From Planctomycetota bacterium (lineage in GTDB: Bacteria; Planctomycetota; PLA2; JAEUHO01), in the NCBI GenBank assembly GCA_965223505.1, contig CBDCWP010000034.1, positions 128,001-192,000 of the forward strand: a DNA stretch of 64,000 nucleotides, written 5' to 3'. How positions within the stretch are numbered: the stretch's first letter is position 1; every line of letters starts with the position of its first letter. Below are positions 20,726 to 37,646 of the stretch, piece after piece. Made by a program: the position numbers and the translations under genes. Below the pieces are notes generated by a model. The model ran no database searches. It had not been told where the DNA came from and was given only the letters and a program-made list of their open reading frames with translations.

Positions 20726-21771
20726 CCGCCGCCGGAAACCGCGGGCTGCGGGGTCCAGGGATCGCGTACGACGACGCCGTGCAGCAGCCGCCCCAGCAGG
20801 TCCGCGCCGGTGATGACACGCCGCTCCTCGTCCCACACCACGATGACGTCGTCGTCGATGACGTAGTCGCGCGGATGCTCCGGCCGCACCTCGAAGCGCG
20901 ACACGATCTCGCCCAGCAACGTGTTGCCGTCGTGGACGACGATCGGCTGATGGCAGTGTGCCATCGGGTCGACGGATGCCTTGTCGAACAGCGCCGCGCG
21001 CAGGAACGACGAGGCGTTCAGCACCCAACGCGGGCGTCCCCTCGGACCCGCGAGCACGACCCACTTGCGTCCCGATGCCTGTACGCGCTGTAGAAAGTCG
21101 TCGTCGGGGCGGGCCTCGAAGTCCGGGAACACCGGCCGGCCGTCCTCATGCGGAAGCGTCACGACGCTGCGACCGTCGATCTTCTCGCCCAGCTCGCTGA
21201 CCGGTAGGTCGTCGAGCGACAGGAAGTTGAGCGCGCCCATACCCTCGACACGGCTCAGGTCGGTCTCGTCCGCCGAGACGTGCCGCTTGATCAGCTCTCG
21301 GAAGTTGCGCTCCGGCCAGTAGATCGCGGCTTCGGGGCCGAGCCAGCGATCGAGCAGCCAACCGGTGGGGCCCGTGACCGGGAACAGCAGCACCCGGTAG
21401 AAGCGCAGCACGGGCGCGAGCGCCGATGCCGTCCGGAGCGCGTGTCGCGAGAAGTACGACTGCGGGAGGATTTCTCCGAAGACCGTGATCGCGACGGTGG
21501 AGAAGAGGAAGGCGACGACGCCGGTCATGACGGAGTCCGCCAACAGCGCCAGCAGCACGTTGATCGCCACGTTGCCCCACAGGATGGTGGCGAGATAGCT
21601 GTTCGAGTGTTTTCGCATCGACAGGACGCGGGAAGCGGCGCGATTGCCCGTCGCGTGTTCCGCTTCCAGACGCAGGCGGCTCACGCCGAAGACGGCGAGA
21701 TTGAGCCCGGAGAAGACCGCCGACTGCGAGAGGCAGAGTCCGATCGCGATCCAGTACGCGGTGTCGTTCAT
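20722..21771 (-). CDS. CNNM/DUF21-domain membrane protein (metal-transport associated)
   Basis: [24 protein letters not shown] and [10 protein letters not shown] motifs; degenerate CBS-like C-terminus. Confidence 0.85.
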   Translation of the reverse strand: MNDTAYWIAIGLCLSQSAVFSGLNLAVFGVSRLRLEAEHATGNRAASRVLSMRKHSNSYLATILWGNVAINVLLALLADSVMTGVVAFLFSTVAITVFGEILPQSYFSRHALRTASALAPVLRFYRVLLFPVTGPTGWLLDRWLGPEAAIYWPERNFRELIKRHVSADETDLSRVEGMGALNFLSLDDLPVSELGEKIDGRSVVTLPHEDGRPVFPDFEARPDDDFLQRVQASGRKWVVLAGPRGRPRWVLNASSFLRAALFDKASVDPMAHCHQPIVVHDGNTLLGEIVSRFEVRPEHPRDYVIDDDVIVVWDEERRVITGADLLGRLLHGVVVRDPWTPQPAVSGGG

Positions 21772-21840
21772 CGAGCTCCTCCTGCGGCGCCGCCGATCAG
21801 GATGAAACGCCGTCGTTCGTCCGACGCGGCGCGTCCCGAC

Positions 21841-23463
21841 TCAACCCATGTGCGGGTAGCGCCAGTCCTTCGGGGAGACGTACGTCTCCTTCACCGTGCG
21901 CGGCGCCACCCAGCGCAGCAGGTTCTGCGGGCCGCCCGCCTTGTCGTCGGTGCCCGACGCGCGCGCCCCCCCGAACGGCTGCTGGTTCACGACCGCGCCG
22001 GTGGGTTTGTCGTTGATGTAGAAGTTGCCCGCCGCGTGGCGCAGTGCCCGCGCCATCGACTCTGCCACGGTGCGGTCGCGCGCGAAGACGGCGCCCGTGA
22101 GCGCGTACGGGCTCGTCTCGTCGCAAAGGCGCAGGGCGTCGTCCATGCGTCCGGCGTCGTAGACGTGCACGGAGAGCACGGGGCCGAAGATCTCCTCTTC
22201 CATCGTCATGAAGCGCGGGTCCTCGCACTCGACCAGCGTCGGCTCGATGAACCACCCCTTCGACTTGTCGGTGCCGCCGCCCTGGACGATCTTCGCGCCC
22301 TGGCGGGCCTTCTCGATGTAGCCCGCGTGGTCGTCGAAGGCCTTCTCGTCGATGACGGCCGCCATGAAGTTCGAGAAGTCCGCCGGGTCGCCCATCTCGA
22401 TCTGCTGCATCTCCGCGACCAGCTTGTCGCGGAACTCAGCCCAGATCGTGTCCGGCACGTACATGCGACTCGCCGCCGAGCACTTCTGGCCCTGGTACTC
22501 GAACGCGCCGCGAAGCGCCGCGGTCACGAGCGCGTCCACGTCCGCCGACTCGTGGGCGAAGATGAAGTCCTTGCCGCCGGTCTCTCCGACGATGCGCGGG
22601 TAGCTGCGGTAGTTGGCGATGTTGTCGGAGATCTGCTTCCACAGCATCTGGAACACGCCCGTCGAGCCGGTGAAGTGGATCCCGCTGAAGTGCTCGGACG
22701 GGATCACGCTCTCCGAGACCACGCGCGGCTTGCCGGGGATGAAGTTGATGACGCCCGGCGGCAGGCCCGCTTCCTCGAGCAGCTTCATGATGTAGTAGTT
22801 CGACAGCACGGCGCCCTTGGAGGGCTTCCACAGCGCGACGTTGCCCATGATCGCGGGCGCGGTGGGGAGGTTGCCGCCGATGCTCGTGAAGTTGAACGGC
22901 GTGACTGCGAAGACGAACCCTTCGAGCGGACGGTGGTCGACGTAGTTCCACATGTCCGCGTTGCTCGACGGCTGCTGGGTGTAGATCTTGTCGAGGGCCA
23001 GCCAGCCGTTGATGCGCCAGAAGTCGATCAGCTCGCACGCCGAGTCGATCTCGGCCTGGTAGCACGTTTTGGACTGCCCGAGCATCGTCGCGGCGTTGAT
23101 CGTGTCTCGCCACGGTCCGGCCAACAGGGCGGCGGCCTTCTCGAATACCGCGATGCGCACCTGGTACGGCGTCTCGCTCCAGGACTTCCAGGCTTCCTGG
23201 GAGGACGCGATCGCCTTTTCGAGGATCTCGGGCGTGGCGCCGTGCCAACGGCAGAGCACGTTGGCGTGGTCGTGGGGCGCGGTCCACTCCGTCGTCTCGC
23301 CGCTGAAGATCTCTTCGCCGCCGACGATGCAGGGGATGTCGATCGTCTCGTCCGACATGGCCGCCAAGCGCGCCTTGAGCGACTCGGTCTCGGGCGTGCC
23401 CGGCGCGTAGGGGCGGATGGGCTCGTTGGCGGGCTCGTCCCGGCGGAAGACGGCGTTCGGCAT
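21841..23463 (-). CDS. pruA: L-glutamate gamma-semialdehyde (P5C) dehydrogenase
   Basis: PFNFT, FTGST, GETGGKD, YQGQKCSA, EEIFGP and QPFGGARASGT motifs. Confidence 0.93.
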   Translation of the reverse strand: MPNAVFRRDEPANEPIRPYAPGTPETESLKARLAAMSDETIDIPCIVGGEEIFSGETTEWTAPHDHANVLCRWHGATPEILEKAIASSQEAWKSWSETPYQVRIAVFEKAAALLAGPWRDTINAATMLGQSKTCYQAEIDSACELIDFWRINGWLALDKIYTQQPSSNADMWNYVDHRPLEGFVFAVTPFNFTSIGGNLPTAPAIMGNVALWKPSKGAVLSNYYIMKLLEEAGLPPGVINFIPGKPRVVSESVIPSEHFSGIHFTGSTGVFQMLWKQISDNIANYRSYPRIVGETGGKDFIFAHESADVDALVTAALRGAFEYQGQKCSAASRMYVPDTIWAEFRDKLVAEMQQIEMGDPADFSNFMAAVIDEKAFDDHAGYIEKARQGAKIVQGGGTDKSKGWFIEPTLVECEDPRFMTMEEEIFGPVLSVHVYDAGRMDDALRLCDETSPYALTGAVFARDRTVAESMARALRHAAGNFYINDKPTGAVVNQQPFGGARASGTDDKAGGPQNLLRWVAPRTVKETYVSPKDWRYPHMG

Positions 23464-23524
23464 CGGATGCCTCCTCGATCGATGACGGGCGCCGCACTCT
23501 ACCGGATCCGCTGTCGAGGGAGGG

Positions 23525-24052
23525 CTACTTGCCGAACAGGTCGAGGGCTGTCAGCGCGAAGCCGGCCACCGCGTCCGACCGCAGTACCTGGGCGCCCGCG
23601 GCGCGTTGCGGCACGTCGCGGTAGCGCTCACGGTCGTAGCGTTCGATGGTCGAGCTGTGCGGATCGACGAGCCACACCTCCGCCACGCCCGCGTCGATCA
23701 TGCGCAGCGTCTTGATCCGTCGATCCCGGGACGCGGTCGACGGCGAGAGCACCTCGACGGCGACGAGGGGGATGCCCACGTCCCGGGCGTCGTCGGGTAG
23801 ATCGGCGCGCAGGACGACGACGTCGGGCTGGAACACGTTCCAGTCGTCGATCGGCACGTCGGCGGGCGCCGTGACGACGCGACGGTGGCCGACGAGATCG
23901 CGAAACGCCACCGCGATGTCGAGGGCCAGTCGCTGGTGCCCGAAGCTCGGCGATGGCTCCCGGACCAGCTGCCCCTCGATGAGCTGGGCGGGGTAGCCCT
24001 CGGGCAGGCGGTCGTAGTCGGTCCGGGTGAACAGGGTCGGCATGGCGTCCAT
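23525..24052 (-). CDS. Uma2/DUF820 family putative endonuclease
   Basis: QLIEGQL..PSPSFGHQ, QPDVVV, VEVLSPST..RD..IK and WLVDP motifs. Confidence 0.88.
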   Translation of the reverse strand: MDAMPTLFTRTDYDRLPEGYPAQLIEGQLVREPSPSFGHQRLALDIAVAFRDLVGHRRVVTAPADVPIDDWNVFQPDVVVLRADLPDDARDVGIPLVAVEVLSPSTASRDRRIKTLRMIDAGVAEVWLVDPHSSTIERYDRERYRDVPQRAAGAQVLRSDAVAGFALTALDLFGK

Positions 24053-24243
24053 GGGGCATCCTCGCACGAGGCCGGCCGGCGGTCACGCGGCCGCTGGATC
24101 CGGGCGGCGTCGGTGGGGATTTCCTGGGGATCCGGGCCGAATCGCGTACAAATCGCCGTTTCCGGGTGCGTTTCCGCCTCGGAACACTCGTTTACCGCGC
24201 CGGCGGCCGCGTCGCCGGCACGGGAGAGCAAGGAGAGACGCGG

Positions 24244-24933
24244 ATGGCAAGAGTGACCAAACGACACCGTGCCGCCGTCGCCACCGACGGGTACGAGAAG
24301 CACAAGCGCTACGACGTCGATACGGCGCTGGGTGTGCTGTCGAACTTCCCCAAGGCCTCGTTCGACGAGACCGTCGAGATCGCCGTGCGCCTCGGGATCG
24401 ACCCCAAGAAGTCGGACCAGATGGTTCGCGGCTCGATCTCGCTGCCGCGCGGCATCGGCAAGTCCAAGAGCGTCATCGTCTTCGCCGAAGGCGAGGCGGC
24501 CACGGAGGCCGAAGAGGCCGGCGCCGACGAGGTCGGCGGCGACGAGCTGGCGAAGAAGATCCAGGACGGCTGGATGGACTTCGACGTCTGCATCGCACAC
24601 CCCGGCATGATGCGCGTCGTCGGCAAGCTCGGCCGCGTCCTCGGTCCGCAGGGCAAGATGCCCAGCCCCAAGTCGGGTACCGTCACCGACAAGGTCGGCC
24701 AGGCCGTCGGCGAGTTCAAAGCCGGTAAGGTCGAGTTCCGCGCCGACGCCGGCGGCATCGTCCACATTCCGGTCGGCAAGCGCAGCTTCGAGCCCGAGGC
24801 CCTGCGCGAGAACATCGTGCACTTCGTCGACTTCATCAAGGGCCTGCGGCCCTCCGCCGTCAAAGGCGCCTTCATCAAGAAGGTATCCGTGAGCGGCACG
24901 ATGACCCCGTCACTCACACTGGACCTCAACTAG
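24244..24933 (+). CDS. rplA: 50S ribosomal protein L1
   Basis: FDETVE, LGIDPKKSDQMVRG and LGPQGKMPSPKSGTV motifs. Confidence 0.98.
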   Translation: MARVTKRHRAAVATDGYEKHKRYDVDTALGVLSNFPKASFDETVEIAVRLGIDPKKSDQMVRGSISLPRGIGKSKSVIVFAEGEAATEAEEAGADEVGGDELAKKIQDGWMDFDVCIAHPGMMRVVGKLGRVLGPQGKMPSPKSGTVTDKVGQAVGEFKAGKVEFRADAGGIVHIPVGKRSFEPEALRENIVHFVDFIKGLRPSAVKGAFIKKVSVSGTMTPSLTLDLN

Positions 24934-24943
24934 GGAGCGCGCC

Positions 24944-25660
24944 ATGTCCAAAGCGTTGAAGAACATGCTCGCGACCCAGCTCGAGAGCGACCTGCAGGAA
25001 TCGACGGGCGGCATCCTGGTCGTCGACCTCGGTCCGATGACCGTCGAAAGCAGCATGGCGTTCCGCCGCGATCTGCGGGAGCAGGCCGGTGGCGCGACGC
25101 TGCGCGTCATCCACAACCGGACCGCCAAGGTGGCGTTGAAGAGCCTCTACGGCGACGACGTCAGCGACGAGCTCGCGCCGTTGCTCACCGGATCGAACGC
25201 CGTGGTGTACGGCGGCGAGGGGCCGATCCCGATCGCGAAGGTCGTGCGCGACTGGCGCAAGAAGCACAAGCCGCTCACGCTGAAGGCCGCCGTCGCGGAC
25301 GGCGAGTTCATGGGCCCCGAAGAGGCCACGACGCTCGCCGACATGCCGGACCTGCCGCAGCTGAAGGCGATGATCCTCTCGGCGATCATCGGCTCGGCGC
25401 GCGGCATTGCGACCAGCCTCTCGGCCGTCTACGGCGGTCTGGCGCGCGTCATTCAGGCGCGGCTGGATCTGGAGGACGGTGGATTCGCGTCCGGTGAAGC
25501 GCAGGCGGAGGCTACGCCCGAGCCCGCCGAGGCGCCGGCCGAGGAGGCGCCCGCACAGGAAGCCGCAGGTGACGAGCCTGCCGAAGACACGCCCGCGGAG
25601 GCGAGCGCGGAGAGCGCCGAGTCCGCCGAGGGGGAAGACCCCGAGAAGTCCGAAGGGTAA
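24944..25660 (+). CDS. rplJ: 50S ribosomal protein L10 with a long acidic tail
   Basis: Between rplA and rplL; LRVIHNRTAKVAL and LTGSNAV motifs. Confidence 0.92.
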   Translation: MSKALKNMLATQLESDLQESTGGILVVDLGPMTVESSMAFRRDLREQAGGATLRVIHNRTAKVALKSLYGDDVSDELAPLLTGSNAVVYGGEGPIPIAKVVRDWRKKHKPLTLKAAVADGEFMGPEEATTLADMPDLPQLKAMILSAIIGSARGIATSLSAVYGGLARVIQARLDLEDGGFASGEAQAEATPEPAEAPAEEAPAQEAAGDEPAEDTPAEASAESAESAEGEDPEKSEG

Positions 25661-25675
25661 TCAGTTTGCAAGTTT

Positions 25676-25697
25676 CCGGCGGACGCCCGCCGGTTTT
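25676..25697 (+). other. Intergenic hairpin + U tract between rplJ and rplL
   Basis: CCGGCGG-ACGC-CCGCCGG-TTTT. Confidence 0.55.
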
Positions 25698-25711
25698 CAG
25701 GAGTTCGTGAC

Positions 25712-26122
25712 ATGTCCGAAGAAGAAACCACGACCGTTGAGCTCGACAAGGACCTCGAGGCCATCTTCGAGAGCCTGGACGGCCTGACGATTGCCAAGGC
25801 CGCGAAGCTGGTCAAGGCACTGGAAGATCGCTGGGGCGTCTCTGCCGCTGCGCCGGCAGCCGTTGCCATGGCCGCGCCCGCGGCCAGTGGCGAAGCTGCC
25901 GCCGAAGAGAAGACCGCGTTCGACGTCATCCTCAAGGGCCCGGGTCAGCAGAAGATCCAGGTCATCAAGGCCGTTCGCGCTGCGACCGGCTTGGGCCTCA
26001 AGGAGGCCAAGGAGCTCGTCGACAACGCCCCGAAGCCCGTCAAGGAAGGCATCTCCAAGGAGGATGCCGACAAGCTCGCGAAGGAGCTTTCCGAGGCCGG
26101 CGCCGAGGTCGAGGTCAAGTAG
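25712..26122 (+). CDS. rplL: 50S ribosomal protein L7/L12
   Basis: EEKTAFDV and [20 protein letters not shown] motifs. Confidence 0.98.
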   Translation: MSEEETTTVELDKDLEAIFESLDGLTIAKAAKLVKALEDRWGVSAAAPAAVAMAAPAASGEAAAEEKTAFDVILKGPGQQKIQVIKAVRAATGLGLKEAKELVDNAPKPVKEGISKEDADKLAKELSEAGAEVEVK

Positions 26123-26133
26123 AGCCGTTTCGA

Positions 26134-26166
26134 GGGCCGGCCCCGAGCGCTGCGAAGGGCCGGCCC
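26134..26166 (+). terminator. GC-rich hairpin after rplL (no U tract)
   Basis: GGGCCGGCCC-13 nt-GGGCCGGCCC (self-complementary arms). Confidence 0.4.
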
Positions 26167-26506
26167 GACCCCCGATTCATGGGCCTTAGGGCCCGACGAG
26201 GGGGCGCTGTAGCTGCTTCGGCCTGCGGATTGCGTGACCTTCCCTCGGGCCGGGATACCTTCTTACGTTCCGGGGTGCTTTCCCCGGAAGAACCGGCGTG
26301 GCTTCGTAAACGGCTCCCATAGGCCGAGGGAGACGGCAGCCTGAAGCCCCGATCCGGCGCGCGGTCTGGAGAAGTCGGGTTCGTGGCTCCATTGGGGGAG
26401 TCCGGTCCCGCGAGTGGTTTCCTCTCACATCGACCGCGATCGACGTGTGCGCCTGCAGCACCGCCGTATCCGTCCCGTTGCGAGTTGGAACCCAGGAGGT
26501 TTCGAC

Positions 26507-30268
<3,762 letters not shown>

Positions 30269-30285
30269 GCGTAAGGAACACAACG

Positions 30286-34470
<4,185 letters not shown>

Positions 34471-34487
34471 CCCCCTGACAAGGCGGT

Positions 34488-34513
34488 CGGCGGCGGTCTT
34501 CGACCCGCCGCCG
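34488..34513 (+). terminator. GC-rich hairpin after rpoC
   Basis: CGGCGGCGGTC-TTC-GACC(C)GCCGCCG; no U tract. Confidence 0.4.
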
Positions 34514-34626
34514 GTCGCAGAACCACCCCTGAATCCGCTTCGGAGAGTCGCCGCGGATCGGGTACGGTGGTCGTTTCCAACCCGAGTTTGCGGCCGCTTC
34601 CGGGTGGAGGCGGCGCAGGAGCGAAG

Positions 34627-34998
34627 ATGCCGACGATCAACCAGCTTGTCCGCAAGGGGCGCAAGAAGATCCCCAACCGGAGCAAGAGTCCCGTGCTGGA
34701 GCAGTGCCCGCAGAAGCGCGGCGTGTGTCTGGCCGTCAAGACGCAGACGCCGAAGAAGCCGAACTCCGCGCTTCGCAAGATCGCCAGGATCCGCTTGTCG
34801 AACGGTCGCGAGGTCACGGCCTACATTCCGGGTGAAGGTCACAACCTTCAGGAGCACAGCATCGTGTTGATCCGCGGCGGCCGCGTTCGCGACCTCCCGG
34901 GCGTTCGGTATCACATCATCCGCGGCACGCTGGACTGCTCCGGTGTCGACGGTCGGAAGCAGCAGCGCTCGAAGTACGGGCAGAAGAAGAACAAGTAA
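34627..34998 (+). CDS. rpsL: 30S ribosomal protein S12
   Basis: [12 protein letters not shown] and [11 protein letters not shown] motifs. Confidence 0.99.
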   Translation: MPTINQLVRKGRKKIPNRSKSPVLEQCPQKRGVCLAVKTQTPKKPNSALRKIARIRLSNGREVTAYIPGEGHNLQEHSIVLIRGGRVRDLPGVRYHIIRGTLDCSGVDGRKQQRSKYGQKKNK

Positions 34999-35474
34999 TG
35001 GCGGGCAAGTACTACCGGAGCTTCGAACACCTCCTCAAGCCGGACCCGGTCTACGGCGACCTCAACGTCGCCAAGTTCATCAGCTACATCATGCTGGACG
35101 GCAAGCGTTCGACCGCCGAGAAGATCTTCTACGACGCGCTGAAGGAGATCGGCAAGCGCGTCGGTGACCGCGAGCCCATCGAGGTGTGGCGTCAGGCGAT
35201 CGACAACGTCAAGCCCATGGTCGAGGTGCGCAGCCGTCGTGTCGGCGGCGCGAACTACCAGGTGCCCGTGCAGGTCAGCGGCAAGCGCCAGCGCGCGCTC
35301 GCGTATCGCTGGTTGCTCGAAGCGGCCCGCGCTCGCAAGGGTCGTCCCATGCGCCGCGGTCTCGCGGAAGAGCTTCTGGCCGCCTACAACAAGGAAGGCG
35401 GCGCCTACCTCAAGCGCGAGAACGCCCACAAGCAGGCCGAGGCGAACAAGGCCTTCGCCCACTTCGCCTGGTAA
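34998..35474 (+). CDS. rpsG: 30S ribosomal protein S7
   Basis: SRRVGGANYQVP and AEANKAFAHF motifs. Confidence 0.99.
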   Translation: MAGKYYRSFEHLLKPDPVYGDLNVAKFISYIMLDGKRSTAEKIFYDALKEIGKRVGDREPIEVWRQAIDNVKPMVEVRSRRVGGANYQVPVQVSGKRQRALAYRWLLEAARARKGRPMRRGLAEELLAAYNKEGGAYLKRENAHKQAEANKAFAHFAW

Positions 35475-35571
35475 GCGGGCGACGCAGGGCGGCGCGCTGC
35501 GTCGTCGGCGTCGTCGTTGCGTGGCAGACCACGCGGCCTCCTAGCCTCCTTGCATCGCATCCACCCTGCGC

Positions 35572-35711
35572 CGCCCGCGGCGAACAAGGTGAAGCGGCAC
35601 GCGACGAAACAGATCGCTTGAAGCGTACGAACGAGCCTTACGCGCCCGCGGCGAACAGGGTGGAGCGGCACGCGACGATACAGTTTGTTCAACACGTTGA
35701 ACGAGCCTTAC
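35572..35711. repeat. Degenerate tandem duplication of about 70 bp
   Basis: CGCCCGCGGCGAACA(A/G)GGTG(A/G)AGCGGCACGCGACGA(A/T)ACAG, then 15-16 variable nt, then GAACGAGCCTTAC, at 35572-35641 and 35643-35711. Confidence 0.85.
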
Positions 35712-35720
35712 CATTCGCGC

Positions 35721-36284
35721 ATGAAGCGAACGCATCTCGTGCTCATGGTCGCAGCCCTGTTGATGGGAGGCTGCTCGTCCGGCGGGACTGGTGGAAAGGC
35801 GCCCTCGGCAGGGTCGGATACGGGTAGATCGACGAGCGATCCGCGCGTCAAGAGCTTCAAGGGGCAGCCGGCACCGGCGCTCTCGGCCGACGGACGCATG
35901 GCCAGCGCGAACGCGCCCGCCGGACTCGACGGGTTCAAAGGGCGAACCGTGTTCCTCATGTTCGCTTTCCCGCGGTGACCCGCCTGCCGGGCCATGATGC
36001 CCCACCTGGTCAGGTGGCAAGAAACGTACCGCTCCGAAGGCCTCGACATCGTCTACGTCGACGACGGCCGGCGCGACTCGCTCGTCTCCGCACAAGAGAT
36101 GGCGCGCAACAACCCCTTCACCGTCTTCCATGACACCTCCGGCGCGTCGAATCAGACGTACGGGATTCGCGCGTATCCGACCGCCTACATCCTCGACCGG
36201 AACGGCAACGTCATCTGGGAAGGCATCCCCGTCTTCAACACCTTCACCACTGAGGTGGCGATCCTCGCCGCGCTCGCCCGGTAG
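35721..36284 (+). CDS. TlpA/redoxin-family lipoprotein selenoprotein (U-P-A-C); in-frame TGA at 35976-35978 read as Sec
   Basis: Lipobox LMGGC; GQPAP..L, FKGRTVFLMFAFPR-TGA-PACRAMMPHL and YGIRAYPTAYILDRNG (cis-Pro loop). The two ORF-track fragments are in frame. Confidence 0.85.
35998..36019 (+). promoter_or_regulatory. Putative bacterial SECIS hairpin
   Basis: CCACCT (36002-36007) pairs with AGGTGG (36012-36017), loop GGTC, extended by TG/CA; the loop is 29 nt after the TGA. Confidence 0.6.
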
Positions 36285-36368
36285 GGGATGGGATAGGGGG
36301 TGGCAGCCCTGATCCTCGGTCGTGCCAAGTGTGTTTACGGCATCAGCCGAGGAAGGAACTGCCACCCC

Positions 36369-37415
36369 ATGACTGCGTACCACGTCGGAATCGACCTGCA
36401 CAAGAGTGTCGCCCAAATCTGCGTCCGTGATGCGAAGGGCGAGATCGAAGAGGAGCGGCGGTGGCGCCTGCCGGATCGAAAGGCGGCCGCGGCGCTGGTT
36501 GCGTTTCTTGGCACCTACGGCGGCGGGCGCTTCGCGGTGGAAGCGTTGGGCTGCAACCGCTGGTTCGTGCTGGCCTGCCGCGAAGCGGGTTTGGAGATGC
36601 TTGTGGTGGACGCCACGAAGCTCGATCTGAAGAAGCAGGGCAAGAAGACGGATCGACGCGACGCCCAGGAGATCTCGCGCCGGCTGTACCTTGGCGACCT
36701 GGACCGCTACGCACTGACCTACTTCGCCACCGAAGCCGAGTTCGGCCAGCGCAAGGTGTTGCGGGTTCGGCATCAGCTCGTTCAGCATCGAACCAGCGTG
36801 CTGGCGCACATCCGCGGCATGCTCAACGCGTACCTGCTGCGAGCGCCGGTGACGCAGCTGTACACCAAGCGCGGGATCCAGTGGCTTCGCGAGCAGCGAC
36901 TGGGTGATGAGAACCAGGATCTGGCGCTGCAGTCGCTGGTGGATGTCGTTGCGGCTCTGCAGGAGCGCATCGAGAAGCTCACCGCTCGAATCCGCGAGTT
37001 GGCCGAGCAGGACGAAGTCTCAGGCTGGATCGTTCGGAATCTGCCACAGGCGGGAGCCCAGACGGCTCTGACGCTTCAAGCTGAGTTGGGTGACGCAACC
37101 CGCTTCCGCGGTGCTCGACAGATCTCGAGCTATGGGGGTGTCGTTCCACGCGTTTCGGCCTCGGCGGATCGAGCGCACCACGGCCGCATGACCAAACGCG
37201 GAAACGCCGAGTTGCGTTGGGTGCTGGGGCAATGGGCGGTTCGGTTGCTGGCCTTCGACCCAGAGGTGAAGGCGTGGGCACAGCCGATGCTCAGGCGCAT
37301 GCACCGCAACAAGGTTCGAATGGCGCTTGCACGCCGGCTACTGGTGGGCGTGTGGGTGATGTTCTCGCGTGGCGAGGTGTTCTCGCTGCGTCGGTGCCTA
37401 GGCCAGGCTGCCTGA
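36369..37415 (+). CDS. IS110-family transposase/recombinase (DEDD RuvC-like + Transposase_20)
   Basis: HVGIDLHK, AVEA and KTDRRDA (DEDD); AELGDATRF, YGGVVPRVSAS and GRMTKRGNAELRWVL. Confidence 0.93.
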   Translation: MTAYHVGIDLHKSVAQICVRDAKGEIEEERRWRLPDRKAAAALVAFLGTYGGGRFAVEALGCNRWFVLACREAGLEMLVVDATKLDLKKQGKKTDRRDAQEISRRLYLGDLDRYALTYFATEAEFGQRKVLRVRHQLVQHRTSVLAHIRGMLNAYLLRAPVTQLYTKRGIQWLREQRLGDENQDLALQSLVDVVAALQERIEKLTARIRELAEQDEVSGWIVRNLPQAGAQTALTLQAELGDATRFRGARQISSYGGVVPRVSASADRAHHGRMTKRGNAELRWVLGQWAVRLLAFDPEVKAWAQPMLRRMHRNKVRMALARRLLVGVWVMFSRGEVFSLRRCLGQAA

Positions 37416-37625
37416 GCGAACGCACTGAGAGAGAGGAAGCGAAACCAGGAATCGGACACCAACGGGCGCGTACTCCGGCGGGCCGCTGAGCGCATCAGCT
37501 CGTGTAGGCGATTGAGAGGCGCGTCCGACTCCCCCTCATGACGCCGCCCGAATAGGCGAGCTCGAAAACCCGAGTGGACGGATCCGACCCTGGCGACGCG
37601 GAAAGGACGCACGGCCGACAGAAAA
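37416..37625 (+). ncRNA. Candidate bridge/seek RNA encoded in the 3' non-coding end of the IS
   Basis: Long non-coding stretch after the transposase with nested stems (AGCTCG 37497-37502 / CGAGCT 37557-37562; GGCG/CGCC; TGAG.GG/CC.CTCA) and short matches to the target and donor. Boundaries are uncertain. Confidence 0.55.
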
Positions 37626-37646
37626 GGGCTTGCCATTCCCTAAACC

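Larger units (their letters stand above)
36288..37646 (+). mobile_element. IS110-family (IS1111-like) insertion sequence inserted into a REP; GG core on both sides
   Basis: Flanks GTAGG[GG] (36281-36287) and [GG]CGACCCTTGTGGTCGCCC (37647-37666) rejoin into a REP. Imperfect sub-terminal IRs at 36294-36309 and 37626-37642; 81-nt left and 231-nt right non-coding ends. Confidence 0.85.

Noticed and set aside
23525..24052. Uma2 gene as a defence system or as the mobiliser of the rplK-rplA insert
   Set aside because: Uma2/DUF820 genes are abundant stand-alone paralogs; no methylase, flanking repeats or integrase were seen.
35572..35711. Possible mini-CRISPR or attC array
   Set aside because: Only two units, the variable part is 15-16 nt, there is no cas or integrase gene, and no RYYYAAC/GTTRRRY ends.
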